In this document: positions 51,009 to 64,000 of the stretch, one piece after another | Layout: each line of letters opens with the position of its first letter | Position numbering within the stretch: the first letter of the stretch is position 1 | NCBI RefSeq assembly: GCF_036321535.1 | Contig: NC_087437.1 | Coordinates: 82,276,001 to 82,340,000, forward strand | Reading direction: 5' to 3' | Length of the DNA stretch: 64,000 nucleotides | Source of the DNA: Camelus dromedarius | Lineage: Eukaryota | Program-made: the position numbers and the translations under genes | Notes under the pieces: generated by a model | Databases searched by the model: none | What the model was told of the DNA's origin: nothing | What the model saw: the letters and a program-made list of their open reading frames with translations, nothing else

Positions 51009-51424
51009 ATAGCCAAAGACCGACCAAGCTGCAACCAGGGTAGTTTTTGGAAACTGAAGAGCTTTATCAGTCATGGTAGGCCATCCCACACTGCTAGGGT
51101 TTTTAACAAAATGTCCTTTATTTTCTTTTTAAATAGTTTTTTTTTTTTTTTTTTGATCAGTAGCAGGTTTAAAAGTAGAATTTTCTGTTTAGTTGCTAGT
51201 ATAGTGGAATTGCAACCTTACTGCAATTTACAAAAGCTCCAGATTTTGGCAAATATTTTTTGCCTGCTGCATTTTTGTAAGTATTTATTTTGGGAAGAGG
51301 TTGCAAATTTAACTTTCTTTTCATGGTCCCTTTCTTGCTTTATTTTTGTCTGAAGGAAACTGATATGAAATGAACTGGAAACTTTAGCATTCTCTTTGTT
51401 CTTTTTTAACTCCATTATTAAAAC

Positions 51425-51605
51425 AATGTGGCGAGAACACTGCACTTGGACTCAGAAGCCCCAGATTGCAGGCCCCAGCCAACTATGTTTTCTCATCTGT
51501 AAAACAGAGATAAAAAACACCAATTGCAGAGTTGTGGTGAGGGTTAAAAGAGATGATCCCCATAAACCATTTAGTGTAGACTTTGGCAAATAGTAAGTGC
51601 TCACT
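51425..51605 (+). mobile_element. MIR followed by (TGG)n at about 51613-51640
   Basis: gttttctcatctgtaaaacagagataa..gagttgtggtgagggttaaaagagatgat..tggcaaatagtaagtgctca. Confidence 0.85.
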
Positions 51606-51837
51606 CTACTGATGGTGGTGGTGGTGGTGGTGGTGGTGGTGTTGCCCATGGTGGTGAACAGATGCTAAATTAATGTATTGGAATACTTGCTATTTTATCT
51701 ACATCAAAGCATTAGGGAGGTCAAGTAAAAGTGGGAAAAAAAATATGTGAGAGCACTTTGTAAACTACTTAACTCTAATGTACAATATTAATAATAGTAA
51801 GGATGGTAGTAGTAAGTAATAGTAAAAAGTAAATGAT

Positions 51838-52257
51838 TTGTAGCAGCATCGTTGGACCTAGAGATGATCATACTTAGTAAAAGAAGTCAGAGAAAGACAA
51901 GTATCATATTATACCACTAATATGTGGAATCCAAAAAAGTGATACAAATGAACTTATTTACAAAACAGAAATAGACTCACAGACATAGAAAACAAATTTG
52001 ATTATCAAAAAGGAAAGTTGGGGGAGAGATAAATTAGGAGTTTGTGATGAACAGATACACACTACCATATATAAAATAAACAAGGACCTACTGTATAGCA
52101 CAGGGAACTATATTCGATATCTTGTAATAACCTGTAATGGAAAAGAATCTGAAAAAGAATATCTGTATAACTGAATCACTTTGCTGTACACCTGACACTC
52201 ACACAATATTGTAAATCATCTATATGTCAATAAATATAAACAGTAAATAAATAAATG
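51838..52257 (+). mobile_element. Artiodactyl-type L1 ORF2 end plus 3' UTR
   Basis: ggacctagagatgatcatact.agt..agtcagagaaagacaagtatcat; aatagactcacagacatagaaaacaaa; aacaaggacctactgtatagcacagggaactatattc; taactgaatcactttgctgtacacctga. Confidence 0.92.
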
Positions 52258-52400
52258 TATGTTATATGTGTATTTAACCCCTATTCCAAATAGCATTCAG
52301 TTCTGTTCTGAACATATTATACTCTTTCTTTCTGTTTCCTTACTTAGGGAATCAAGAGTAATGATTGGGAATGGAATTTACATGAGCTGGCAAAACACTC

Positions 52401-52532
52401 ATCAAATGCTTTATTTTTGTAAACTTGGTGTATCAGTTTCAAACCTGAAAAGTTAATTCCACATTTATCAAATGCTTTATTTTTTTAAACTTGGTGTATC
52501 AGTTTCAAACCTGAAAAGTTAATTCCACATTT
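52401..52532. repeat. Tandem duplication, 2 x 66 bp
   Basis: 52401-52466 and 52467-52532 are identical except for one g/t difference in the T-run. Confidence 0.97.
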
Positions 52533-55529
52533 CATAGGCTCTTTCACCTATAGTGTCATGAATGCCAAGACAGTTGTTGATTTAACTTTACATTTGTGAA
52601 AAGTAACATTCAGTTGGTAAAATACTCCTGAACTGAAGGAGGTAAGCTTGCTATAAACTTGCAAGTCATGGCTTCTGGTTATGTTATGTTTTTCAAAGAA
52701 AGGACTATTGGTTGCTTTCATTCTTATCACAAACAGCATAAATATCCAGATTGCCGGCTGTGTTGGGGTCCCTAGCTAAAGAAGTTGATTGCATTCTCTG
52801 CTGGCATTTTTCTTCCCAGACGCTTTTCCAAGGAATCTTGAGGCTTAACAGAGTTTTAACCACAGCTAACTCTTTCTTGTTGAATGCCACTGAAGAAAGA
52901 CAGATTTTCAAAAAATTGAAGTATGTGGAAAATTCTGTGGGTAATCTCAAAAATTCAGCTTTTGATTTCATCAAATTTGACTTAACAGAACTTCTCTTTC
53001 TTTCCTCTTTGATTAGCAGTATTAATGAGAAATGGGTACATGATAAAGAAAACAGGAAGAAGAAAAGATAAAAACAAAATGGAGTGCTGAGAATTTATAA
53101 TCAGCCTTTGAAGGATTTTGAACCTTGCATTATTTATTTGGTGCCTTCTGAAAAATTGTCTGCTAATCACAGTCATAAAATACTAGACCTAGAAGGTGCC
53201 TTGAAGTCCATGAGTTAACTTCCTTTCCTTTGCCAAGGAGGAAACACACTTTAGTTGCTGACAAGTACCCTTTATATACGAATGTTATGTTTACTATGCT
53301 TTTCTGCATCTCTCTTGTTACATCTTGGTTATCACATAAACACTCACCAACAATGAGTATAATCATTGTTGGCAAAATATAAATGTTAATACCTTTTAAT
53401 CAGCTAGGCTTTTAGAAAACTTGGGCCGAAAGCCTGGAATAATCCTGCTTAGCTCTAGAGATGAATGGTGAAGTAAGTTTTAAGAATTTTACTTTAATTA
53501 ATGATGATGATAGAAATGGCAATCGTGTTCGCAGTGATAGAAGAAACTCCTAAGTCACATGTTGTGTGGGCATGTGAGTGTGTGTATCCTGACCTCATCA
53601 CATTTCATGTTACCAGCTTGTTACATTTCTTTCCAACTTCTGTATTATTTAGCAGTAAACCTGGGTGAAAGACAATGGGTTGACTACCAAATGGTACATG
53701 GGGAACTGGGGCATCTATGCAGTCTGTCCTTTCTGGATCCCCTTGTGTGGATTGAAATGTACCAGTTCTCTCCCATAACTACAGCTTTGGCCATTGGCCT
53801 AACCCCATTCCTTCTACTTCCTTTTACTGATTCCTGATAAAAACTATGGGATATTGTGCCCTGAAGACTGAGAGGGTTAGGATATTTCTACCGCTAGTAA
53901 TTTAGCTCAAAACAGTTGGACCTGAAGCATTTAGTTAAAAAAAAAAAAATAGTCGTTTAGCCACTTAGCCTTTTTAGAACAAATTTGTGATGAGTAATCA
54001 AGCTGAATATTAAAATGGGTTTTAGCAAATCTGAGAAAAACCTGCATTTCAAGAACTGTGTTCACCTAAAAACATCCATAAATACTTTCTGGCTTTTAGA
54101 GTCTCATACTGGAGCACATACCAGCTATTGCCTTAAAACCCTTTTCATGGACAGTTACCTGACCGTGATAAAATGATTTGATACTACTGTTGGTTTCACC
54201 CAAGTACTTCTGCTTGGGCTCTCTCCCACACCTGCACAGCCTTTCTGCATGACCAGAACTTTAAGAGACTCTTTTCAAGGACAGCTTAAGGTATTCCAGG
54301 CTGTAGAATATAAAGAAGTGTCTGTGTAGTGCCTTTGGCTGAGGGACAGCAAACTCCAGGAGTGGGTGAGCTTCATCCTGCTCGGTATTTGCAGTGTGGC
54401 CTCCAGCCAGATTTTGAAGGATGGAGTTGTCTGAGAGCAGAGCAGCTACAATAATTCCTTAGCTTAGGCAGCAGGGGAACTTGCTCAAATGACCTTGAGA
54501 TGTATGTGAGGGCAGGTGTGGCATGTGGGCTGCTCAAAGTAGCTTTGCCCTGATTTCCAAGAGGATCCTCTGTACTAGACAGATAGGCTGGGCTGTTTTC
54601 TAACAAGCCTCCTCCTTCAGGTCATGTGTCCCTTTTTCCACCTCAAGTCTCTCCCCAAGTTTGCTTAATTGCTGTTCTTTGAGAAACATTTTCTATTTTT
54701 CTGAGCTTGTGACCTTTTCCCATTTTTAGTGTTAAAATGCCTTTCTTTAATAAAAACGATGGTGATAATAGATGGTATTTCTTGTTTTTTGACGGTCTGC
54801 TTGGCAAAATCGGTACTTGGCAGCCTTCTGCCAGTTCTCCACATTGTTTTTTGTTTAACTTACTGGTCATTGAACTCCCAAAGTCTGGAATACCAGGCTG
54901 TGCAGGACCTCAAGGGCAGGGGTAACCAAGAAAGCTTGTGGGAGAAGGAGGGTCTTGCGGACACTGTAGACAGGGTGGTCAAGGGTATTGAGTGCCAGAG
55001 GAAGGGAGGAGCGAGCAGGTACTTGACAGGAAAGAGGTTAAGTCAGAGGAAATGAGATTAGGCAGCAAGAAATAGTCCTTGCAAAACCTAGAGCACAGCA
55101 GGTGGAAAGGAGCAAGCTCTGCAGCACAGGTGCATGCTGGTGCGGGTGCAGGGCCCTTTCCCTGAAGCATGTGGTGGTCCCGGGCCTTGAATGGACACCA
55201 TGTAGGTCAGATGCCTGAAATCCCACCCTGCCTTGTCGCAGCAGCAGAGAAATGGGTACTGCTAGGGGCGCCTGCTGTAGGTAAGTCTATGTTTCGGTAG
55301 AAAAGGTAACAAGGTTCATAACTTCCTTCAACTTAGAACACACATGGAGGGGCCAGCTGTGGCTTTTGAGTGTTGGCAGAATGAGGGAACTGTGATAACA
55401 GCATCCCAGATTGACAGGAGAAGGGGAAGCTGGCTCTCCCAAATCTTCCAAGAGTAAGAGAAGACAGGATATGGTTAGAGAATATGGCAAATGAGAGGCA
55501 GTGCATCCTCATGATCTACCTTTTAGTCT

Positions 55530-55985
55530 AAATAAATGTTTTCAATTATACAAGGATGATCTGACTATATTCTTGTTGTAAATGATTAAGATAGCAGAAC
55601 TACATAGAGTAAAAATGTGAGAGAAAATTTAAACATTTAAAAAATACTGTCCTTCATACTCATTTAAATTTTTTTCTTCCTGTGCAAAATGTCAATGTCC
55701 TCCTAAATGGAAAGTGTCAATTTCCTCTAAAAAGGCTTACCTGGTGTCAGTCAAAATTAATAGCACGTGAGAGAAAAGCCCATTTACCAGCATCTTCACT
55801 TAAACCAGATACTGTTAATATTTTTAACTCCTGCATCCAAAAGTGATGGATAAAAAAAACAGATGATACGTTGTTGCTTAAATTTGCATCTTCTTGATTA
55901 AGAGAGAGATTCAGCATCTTTTCTCATGTTCAGAGTCATTTGCACTTCTTCTGAAATTGCCTATTTGAAATTGATCATTTAGTTT
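55530..55985 (-). mobile_element. Decayed L1ME-type fragment
   Basis: gttgttgcttaaatttgcatcttcttgatta..cagcatctttttctcatgttc..gtcatttgcacttcttctg resembles antisense ORF2. Confidence 0.6.
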
Positions 55986-58076
55986 TCCAATGTCCCATCA
56001 GCTCCTGGTAATTAAATTTTATCAAAGGATAGAATATGCCCTCTTTTTTTAATTTACCTATCTACCTACCTACTCTGAGAGATGAAGACCTTGATCTTGG
56101 ATTCACAAAGCTTAGGTTCAACTCTTGGCTCTGTTGCTTCCTGTGTGACTTACCTCTTAGAACTTCTTTAGAACTTATTACATATTGTGAAAAATTTAGG
56201 GAGGAAATTCCACATAAAGTGCTTAGTACAAGATTTGGCATATTATGTAAATGGTAGTGATTGTATTTAATAAGAGGGATTCCAGATAATTACAAAGACC
56301 AGCTTCCCTCCTCTACTCTATCATGTATGATTCCTTCTCTTTAAGCTCAAATTCACATCACCTATAGATTCTCTGGCGCTTGTATTTCGAGCTTCTATTT
56401 TGATTTGACAAGCTTCATGAGAATTAAATGAAAAATTATTTACAAAGAAGAAAGGATGTCGAAAAAGTATATGGAGGGGAATGTGCTAGGAGAGGTTTCC
56501 TTTCAGACAATGGATAAATACAGTAACTTGGCTACTCAGGGGAAAAAAAAATATAAAAAGTTGAAATGATTTTAATTGAAAGATGCCTTTTAGGTAAGTG
56601 TCTTGGTGAACTCTTTCTATTATAGAATGGCACAAAATAAACATGGTCATGGTGTGTTTCTGACTGAGGGTATCACAAATAAATGACACAACTTTAATAA
56701 AACCAAACATCCACACACTCATTAAGGTCCAGGTGGTAGTGCTGGTAACAGCTATAGAGAGACCCAGGTTTCCAGGGCACTGCATTGTATCTTTAGTGCA
56801 GTCCCAGAACCCCAACCAGGGGCTGGGTATACCAAGCCAATGAATGAGATCTCCTAAGGGTGGGACAATGCAGCATTGTAGCTAGACAGCAGAGAAAAAT
56901 GGAAAATGGACTGTGCATGGAAGACTGGGGTGTTAACCTCAGCTTTGTTTTTCAGTAGCTGTGAGATTATGGATAAATAATCATACCTTTTAGTACCCCA
57001 GTCTCTTTACTTCTAAAACCAGAAGATGGGACTAGATTATTTCCAAAGTCCCCTTTCAGCTCTAAAAATATTAATGATTGGCTAGTTTTGACAGGTATAA
57101 TTACCCTCTTTTTTTCTGGAAGGACATCTATGGTGTTCATTTTTAAAGTGAAGGATTTACATGTATAATGTTTTTCCTTGGTTTATTTATATGTACTTTT
57201 ATTTCAGCAAATGAAGAAACATAGATGGCATTTCAGTGAAGCATTATTGCAAATATAGTGTCCATCTTTCTTGAGGCTATAGTTCTGTAAGAATAAAGAA
57301 TATTCTTTGATATCTGGGATATGACCAAAATTCCTCAGAAATAGGACAGAACAGTGCTTAGCCTAGTTGCCAGAAGATTGGCTTTCATTAAATGCATAAT
57401 ATTTCTGGTGTTTTTGATCTTAGACTCCACCCTCCTGCAAAAATGCGATTTGCGCCAAATACCACATCCAGGGATGAGGTAAATTTAATCTGTTTTTGTT
57501 CTGGATGAAATACAACTGATATATTTTTGACTACTTTGGTGCAGTCTTCAATAGGAATCATTATCCTATTTAATTGAGTATATTTTTCAAGACTCTGTTG
57601 GCAGTAAAGATGGTATCATAAAAATGATACCTACCAAAGTAAATCTTTCTAATAAATAGTTGGCAGATATAAATTATAACGAGCGCCTCTAATTTATTTG
57701 GGGCCGCTAATTTATTAAAAATGCTTTAAAGAGAAATCTATATTATATTTTACCATTTTCCATTAAATCTACAATCTATGGCAGACTTATTTCAGTTAGA
57801 TTTAAGCAGATACTCCTTCTTTCCTTAAAAAGGTAGTGTTCACAATCTTGGCTGCTCCTGTTTAGGCATTTCACCAAGTGTAATGTTGATGTTTTCTGCG
57901 AACTTACAATCACTGATAATCCTCTCCATCATAAAATTTTATGTGCAAAATATAGTCACAGATAATCATATATAATATCCATGAGATATGTAAACACACA
58001 GGACTCAATTTACTCACCGAATTAGTGACTGAATGCAGTATGTTAAGCACTCTATTAGCACTGGAGATACGGCAGT

Positions 58077-58561
58077 TGTGATGGTTAGTTTTATGTGTCA
58101 TCTTGGCTGTGCCACAGGATGCCCAGATTAAACATTACTTCTGGAGTATCTGAGGTTAGCATTTGAATCAAGGGCTGAATAACCCTTCCCAGTACGTAGT
58201 GGGCATCATCCAATCTGCTGAGGACCTAGATAGAACAAAAAGGTGGAGGAAGGAGAAATTCACTTCTTTCGCTTTCTGTCTGGCTGATAGATGGGGATAT
58301 CAGTCTTCTCTTGCCTTTGGATTGGGATTTATACCACTGGCTCCACTGGTTCTCAGGCCTTTGGACTTGTACTAGAATTACACCACCAACTTTCCTGGGT
58401 CTCCAGCTCGTAGAAGACAGACTGTGGGACTTCTCAGCTTCCATAATTGTGTGAGTCAACTCCTTCTAATTAATTTCCATATATATGCATGTGCATATTT
58501 TAATATATACAATGTATATGCAGCTTCCATTGGTTTTGTTTCTCTGAAGAACCCTAATACA
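58077..58561 (+). mobile_element. MLT2 (MLT2B-like) ERVL solo LTR nested in an L2 fragment
   Basis: TG...CA ends (tgtgatggttagttttatgtgtca ... ctctgaagaaccctaataca). 5 bp TSD gcagt (58072-58076) / gcaat (58562-58566). Antisense L2 sequence flanks both sides. Confidence 0.93.
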
Positions 58562-58914
58562 GCAATGAACCAAAGAGACAATTCCTAACTCACATAGCTT
58601 ATTAACAGGAGAACAGTTGCTCTGGCTGCAGATTAACTCCTTCCTCCTCACATTCACACAAGTCTAGGAAGCACAGTGAGCATTGTTGCTGCCTGCTGTG
58701 ACACAGCACTGCCGAGTCTGTGAAAGAGAAGAAACCCAAAGATGCCTTCTGAACTTTTTAGTGCACCTGCGCACCCATCTATGGAGTCCTGAAGAGAAAT
58801 TGGTTGTTTAAAGATTCCTGGGGGAGCAGTTATTAGTATGAAAAAATCAGGAGGTGTTTAAACCTCTGAACTTGATTTTTCTTTCTTTCTTTGGCTTTCT
58901 ATGCTTTAGTAAGC

Positions 58915-59172
58915 ATGAAAGGCGATAGGATCTAATGGTGAAGAATCTGATTTCTGGTGCCAGCCTACATGGGTTTAAGTCACAACTCTGCTGGTTTAAG
59001 TTCTGAGACTTCAGACGTGACATACCAGTTCTCTCACCTGTAAAATAGAGTTGATACTGATTATCTACCAACTGATTTATTGTGGGTTATTGTGGAGATT
59101 AAGTAAGTTAATACACGTAAAATATTTAGAGTAATGCTTGGCAGTTAGCGGGCACTCAACAAATATTAGATG
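58915..59172 (+). mobile_element. MIR, near full length
   Basis: ctggtgccagcctacatgggtttaagtcacaactctgc; cagttctctcacctgtaaaatagagttgatac; ggagattaagtaagttaatacacgtaaaatatttagagtaatgcttggca..gcactcaacaaatattag. Confidence 0.88.
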
Positions 59173-60714
59173 CTGTACATAATTAAAAAATTCTTCTCCC
59201 CTAAGAGATAACACATTTGGGAATTGCTACTTTCATATTTCTGTTATAGTGCCTTATTTTGGAGTCTTTTTCTTCCTCCTGGTATTTAGAGGAATCTTTG
59301 TCAAGAATGAAAAACATGACCTGATTTTGGCAAATAGTAAGACAGAGGCTGTATTGTGGGTGCTTCTCTCCCTGAAGATTCTCCATGGCTTAATTCCTGG
59401 CCTGTCATTTTGGTTCTGAGGGTTTCAGTTTCCCTAGGCAACAAAAACACAGAACAGATGTTATGGGGCTAGTTAATGGTGGCCTATAACACAGAACACC
59501 TTGACTGATGGGTTCAAAAGCTATCTCCTAGCAACTCAATAGTGCCAAGAATGAGTGAGCCAAGGAGGAGAGTTATGGCCCTTTGCAAACCCATAAGGAG
59601 TAGTTCTCAGCCTGCACTTGACAAGTCTGAGGGTTCAGAAGACTGTTTTGTGATACAGCTGAATCCCCAGTGTGCTGTGTTCCCAGGGAAGGAAACCAAT
59701 AACAACAGATCCCACAACTCATACCATTTGCTAAATGGGCTTCCTCGCAAGTGGGGCTCTGGGAGGAATCTCACAATTTCCTGCCGCTTTGTCTCTGAAG
59801 GGTAAGCAAGGAGGATTGTTCTCATTTCAGCTGCTTTCATTTCTTGAGACTGTGGAGAGTGTGGAAATGTCTTTGTTTTTCATTTTTGCTTCTATGCCAG
59901 TGCTTGCTTTTATCAGCTTGATCTTTTGTGTTGCCCAACAGCCTTCAAACTTGATATAAATTTTAGGTCAAATTTCTATATTTGACTAGTTTGGGGTTTT
60001 TATATGGAAATTTTCTCACAGCTATCTTTCAGTCCCTAAGAAGAGAGAAAAGTGGAGGGAGCATGTTGACAGTGACCAAAGTGAGGCCAGACATCTCAAC
60101 CAGCCAGTGTGTTGCAGAAATACTGCAGATTTATATGGTTCACACCAGCATCTCCAAAGAACTATTTGTTATCTGATTTTATTAGCACTCATATTTTTCC
60201 TTTGAAATGTGCTTTCATGTTACTCTAGAATGAAAAGAATTTAATAATTCTCTAGAGAGCAGATTCTGGGTTTGAGCAGGGTATTGTAACCAAGTCCTTG
60301 AAACGATTTGTCTGACAAACACTTGTGTTCTAAAGACCTAACTCACCACATTTTTGAAGTTTAAGATGGCCCAGTTTCATCATCCAAAATGCAGAAATTG
60401 AATTCAATAAGCCCTTGACCCTAACCAGCTGATCTTTGATATTAGTTTTAATATCTTGGGGTCTCATTCATAATTTGAATGAATCCCTGTGACTTGTCAG
60501 TTTACCCAGCAGCAAAAATTGCTGGAGTCTGAAAGACTTGAACTAATGACTGTCTTGGCCTTGCGAGTGTAATATTATGATTTGAGTGTCCTTGCTTCTT
60601 AGATGCTTAGTGTTATCTTCCTGAATTTAGTAAGGAATGACCGAGTCATCACTTCTAAGAAATTAGGGTCGTTTTGCATTGATAAAAGTGAATTTTAGAG
60701 GAATTCCTTTTTCT

Positions 60715-62835
60715 TAATAGAAAAAATTTGATGTATAATATTATGTAAATTTAAGGTGTACAACATGTTAACTTGATACATTTATATATAGTAATATGAT
60801 TGCCATTGTAGTGATAATTACCACCTCTAGCATGTTATATAATTATGCTTTCTTTTTAGTGGTTGGAATATTTAAGTTCTGTTCTCTTAATAAGTTTGAT
60901 AATTACAATATACTACCGTTATCTATATTCTGTGCATTAGCTTTCTAGGGCCTATTTACTACTTGTAAGTTTTTACCCTTAACATCTGTCCTGTTCCCCG
61001 ACACCACCATCCTTTGGTAACTACCATTTTACTCTCCGTTATTATGAGTTTGGCTTTTTGAGATTCCACATATGGGTAATATATAGTATGTGTCTTCCCC
61101 TTCTGATTTACTTCACTTGGCATAATGTATTGAAAGTCCATCCATGTTGTTGCAAATGGCAGAATGTTCTCCTTTCTCATGGCTGAATATAGTATTCATA
61201 CACACACACACATATATATAAAACATCTTTTTTATTCATTCATCTGTTGATGAGCATTTCGATTGTTTCTGTATCTTGGCTATTGTGAACAATACTGCAC
61301 TAAACATGGGAGTGCAATATTCAATATTTCTTCAAAATACTGCTCTCATTTCCTTTGAGTATATACCCAGAAGTGAAATTGCTCAATAATATGATAGATC
61401 TATTTTTAATTTTTTGAGAAAACCTCCATATTTTTTCCCATTGAGATTGAACCAATTTACATTCCCACCAACAGTGTACAAGGGTACACTTTTCTCCTCT
61501 TTCTGTTGTCTTCTTGATCATAGCCATTCTGATAGGTGTGACGTGATATCTCATTGTGGTTTTGATTTGCATTTCCCTGATGATTAGTGATGTTGAGCAT
61601 CTTTTCATGTGCCTGTTGGCTACTTGGCTATCTTTGAAAAAGATTCCATTTAGTTCCTTTGCCCATTTTAAAATCTGTTTGTTTCTGTTACTGAGTTGTG
61701 TGGGTTCTTTGTATATTTTAGATAAGAACCCCTCATCTGATATGTATACAGTTTGTAAGAATGTTCTCCCATTCTGTAGATTGCCTTAATTTTGTGAATT
61801 GTTTCTTTTTCTGTGCAGAAGCTTTTAAGTTTCATAGTCACATATTTGTGTTGATTTTGCTTTTGTTGTCTGTGCTGTTGGTGTCATAACCAAAAAAAAA
61901 AAAAAGAAAAACATTGCCAAGACCAATGTCAAGGAGCTCTTTCTCTACATTTTCTTTTAGGAGTTTTATAGTATTGGGTCTTAAAGTTTAAGTCTTAGAT
62001 CTGTTTTGAGTTAATTTTTGTAAGTAGTGTAAGATAGGGGTCCAAATTCATTGTTCTGCAGGTATTTAGCCAGTTTTCCCAACACTACTTGTCGAAGAGA
62101 CCACCCTTTCCCCATTGGGTGTTCTTGACTCCCTTGTTGAATATTAATCAACTGTATATGGGTAGGGGGTTTAATTCTAGGCTCTCTATAATGTTCCAGT
62201 GGTTTGTGTGTGTGTTTTATGCTAGTGCTATAGTGTTTATACTATTACAGCTTTGTAGTATAGTTTGAAATCAGGAAGTATGATACCTCTTGTTTTGTTC
62301 TTTTTCTTTAGGATTGCTTTGGCTGTTTGGGGTCTTTTGTGGTTCCATACAAATCTTAGGATTGTTTTTCCTATTTCTGTGAAGAATACCATTGGTATTT
62401 TGATGGGATTGCATTGAATCTATAGATGGCTTTAGGTAGTATGGTTATTTTAGTGATAGTAATTCTCATGATTTATGAACATGTAATTTCCTTTCATTTA
62501 TTTGTCTTCAATTTTTTTCTGCAAAGCTCTGTAGTTTTATTTTATAGATCTTTCACTTCCTTGGTTAAATTTATTCCTATGGGATTTTTTTTTTATGCTA
62601 TTGTGAATGGGATAGTTTTCTTGATTTTCCTTTTCAGGTGTTTCATTATTAGGATATAGAAATGCAGTTGATTTCCATATATTGATTTTGTATCCTTAAA
62701 CTATACTGAATAGTTCCTGCAGTTTTTTGATTGAGTCTTGGGGATTTTTTTATATATAAAATTGTATCATATGCAAATAGTGACAATTTTATTTCTTCCT
62801 TTCTGATTTGGTGTCTTTTATTTCTGTGTCTTGTC
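60715..62835 (-). mobile_element. L1MA-type LINE-1, 3' UTR plus about 1.6 kb of degenerate ORF2
   Basis: ORFs 61321..61608(-) [22 protein letters not shown], 60959..61180(-) ILPFATTWMD...SEVNQ and 62649..62837(-) QIRKEEIKLSLFAYDTILY (RT FADD region) are L1 ORF2 remnants. The 3' end reads aaatttaaggtgtacaacatg. Confidence 0.95.
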
Positions 62836-63741
62836 AAAAATTCTTAGTATTTACTACTAAATACCTGGTAAGGACTAGAAAAATGATCCTGAAAATTTCT
62901 CCTTTTGTTAGGTGAAAAAACTAATCAGAAGAGGCTTTCATAATGATGGCAATGATGCTTTTTTTTTTTTTTTTTTGGTATTCCTTAATTTTATATATAT
63001 ATTTTTTTAGGGCTTTGAGATTCCTAGGGGGAATGTTTTGCTTTAGTAAGGGACAAGAAGTGTTTGAAGAAAAAAATTGTTACAGAGGAAATAAGGAAAC
63101 ATAAGGATACTAATAAATCTAGTGAAAGCACAATATTAGGGATAGGAGAGGGAGAAATCAGGGCTGCATAAGACAAATCTGTGGACAGGAAAGTGGCAAG
63201 TGTTTGGGTCTAGAGTCTAGAGCACTGATAGTTCTTGACATGGGATTACATAAAATTAATTATCTAAAACTCTACCCAGTGATTAGTGTGTTCCAGGTGT
63301 TCAATATATATTTGTTTGATTCCTCTTGTTTTATCACCTCCAAATGCCATCAAAGACATTTCTTGCTTTTTATACATACTCAGTAATGCTTAAACTGAGG
63401 GAGAAGAAATGGGTAGAATATGAATGGGCAGACTGGATGAAGAGGATGTTGAGAATAGAATATGCGCAGAATTAGGCAAAAACCAGGGTGTGAGAGTAAA
63501 TATACTGGTAAGGTAGGGAAAGGGGGAAATACATTTGGAGAAACTATGCAGATTCTAAGAAAGTCAGAGCTGCTTTTTGGTTTTTAGAAGCTCAGGAGCT
63601 TTGGAACCTTCAGAGCTCTGGGGTTCACTAGTACTGTGTTATCTATGTATGTTCATGCATGTACTTCCATTAACCACTGTGAAAATGTAGAACTCTCCAA
63701 GATGTAGCATTAACAAAACCACTTTTATCCCATTAGTTTTT

Positions 63742-63790
63742 TTATTTAAAAAAATTGTAATTGAAGTATAGTCAGTTTATACTTATGATG
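63742..63790 (-). mobile_element. L1 micro-insertion (about 49 bp) with 16 bp TSD
   Basis: attgaagtatagtcagttta matches the reverse complement of the L1 terminus at about 29397-29415. TSD tatcccattagttttt at 63726-63741 and 63791-63806. Confidence 0.85.
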
Positions 63791-64000
63791 TATCCCATTA
63801 GTTTTTAATCCAAAATTCAGTGTTTTTTAGATGCTGGAAGAGCTGGACTTCTGCTTATATTAATATGGTGTAAAGAAAGTATATTCTCAAGTGTCATCTT
63901 GCATGCTGGTGCTCTGAAGACTAAAATAGAAAAAGAATGTTTGAGTCATTGCCATAGCTAATAGTTATTTTCCAGTTTCCTCTATAACATGATCATTAAT

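Noticed and set aside
52705..53071. Overlapping 106 aa (+) and 89 aa (-) ORFs in unique sequence
   Set aside because: No recognisable homology, a non-ATG start for the + frame and no convincing flanking splice sites. Lengths are within chance range.
1..64000. CRISPR arrays, operons, rRNA or other prokaryotic/viral systems
   Set aside because: There are no regularly spaced repeats, long ORFs or gene-dense segments. Composition and repeats are mammalian throughout.

Overview
This is AT-rich, CpG-depleted, repeat-dense mammalian genomic DNA. It is most likely camelid (Camelus/Lama/Vicugna), based on a tRNA-Ala-derived Vic-1-type SINE at about 10.1 kb. I can find no credible host protein-coding exon. 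The ORF-track entries I can recognise are remnants of LINE-1 ORF1/ORF2 or ERVL pol, and the rest look like chance ORFs. The window contains young 5'-truncated L1 copies with clean target-site duplications, old L1M/HAL1, L2 and MIR fragments, about ten class-III (ERVL/MaLR) LTRs, an ERV3-16A3-like proviral fragment, three DNA-transposon relics and several microsatellites. Repeat family names come from my recollection of consensus sequences and need RepeatMasker/Dfam confirmation; boundaries of old repeats are approximate. The most unusual signal is a roughly 0.9 kb CpG-retaining island on the 5' end of an ancient L1 (11.5-12.4 kb). It carries CCAAT/GC boxes, MYB-type motifs and a consensus splice donor, so it is a candidate exapted promoter of a non-coding transcript. 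Several small insertion or repair scars are directly visible: a twin-priming micro-inversion, a roughly 50 bp L1 micro-insertion, a fold-back palindrome between direct repeats and a 66 bp tandem duplication. I cannot support a claim of a wholly new biological system from the sequence alone.
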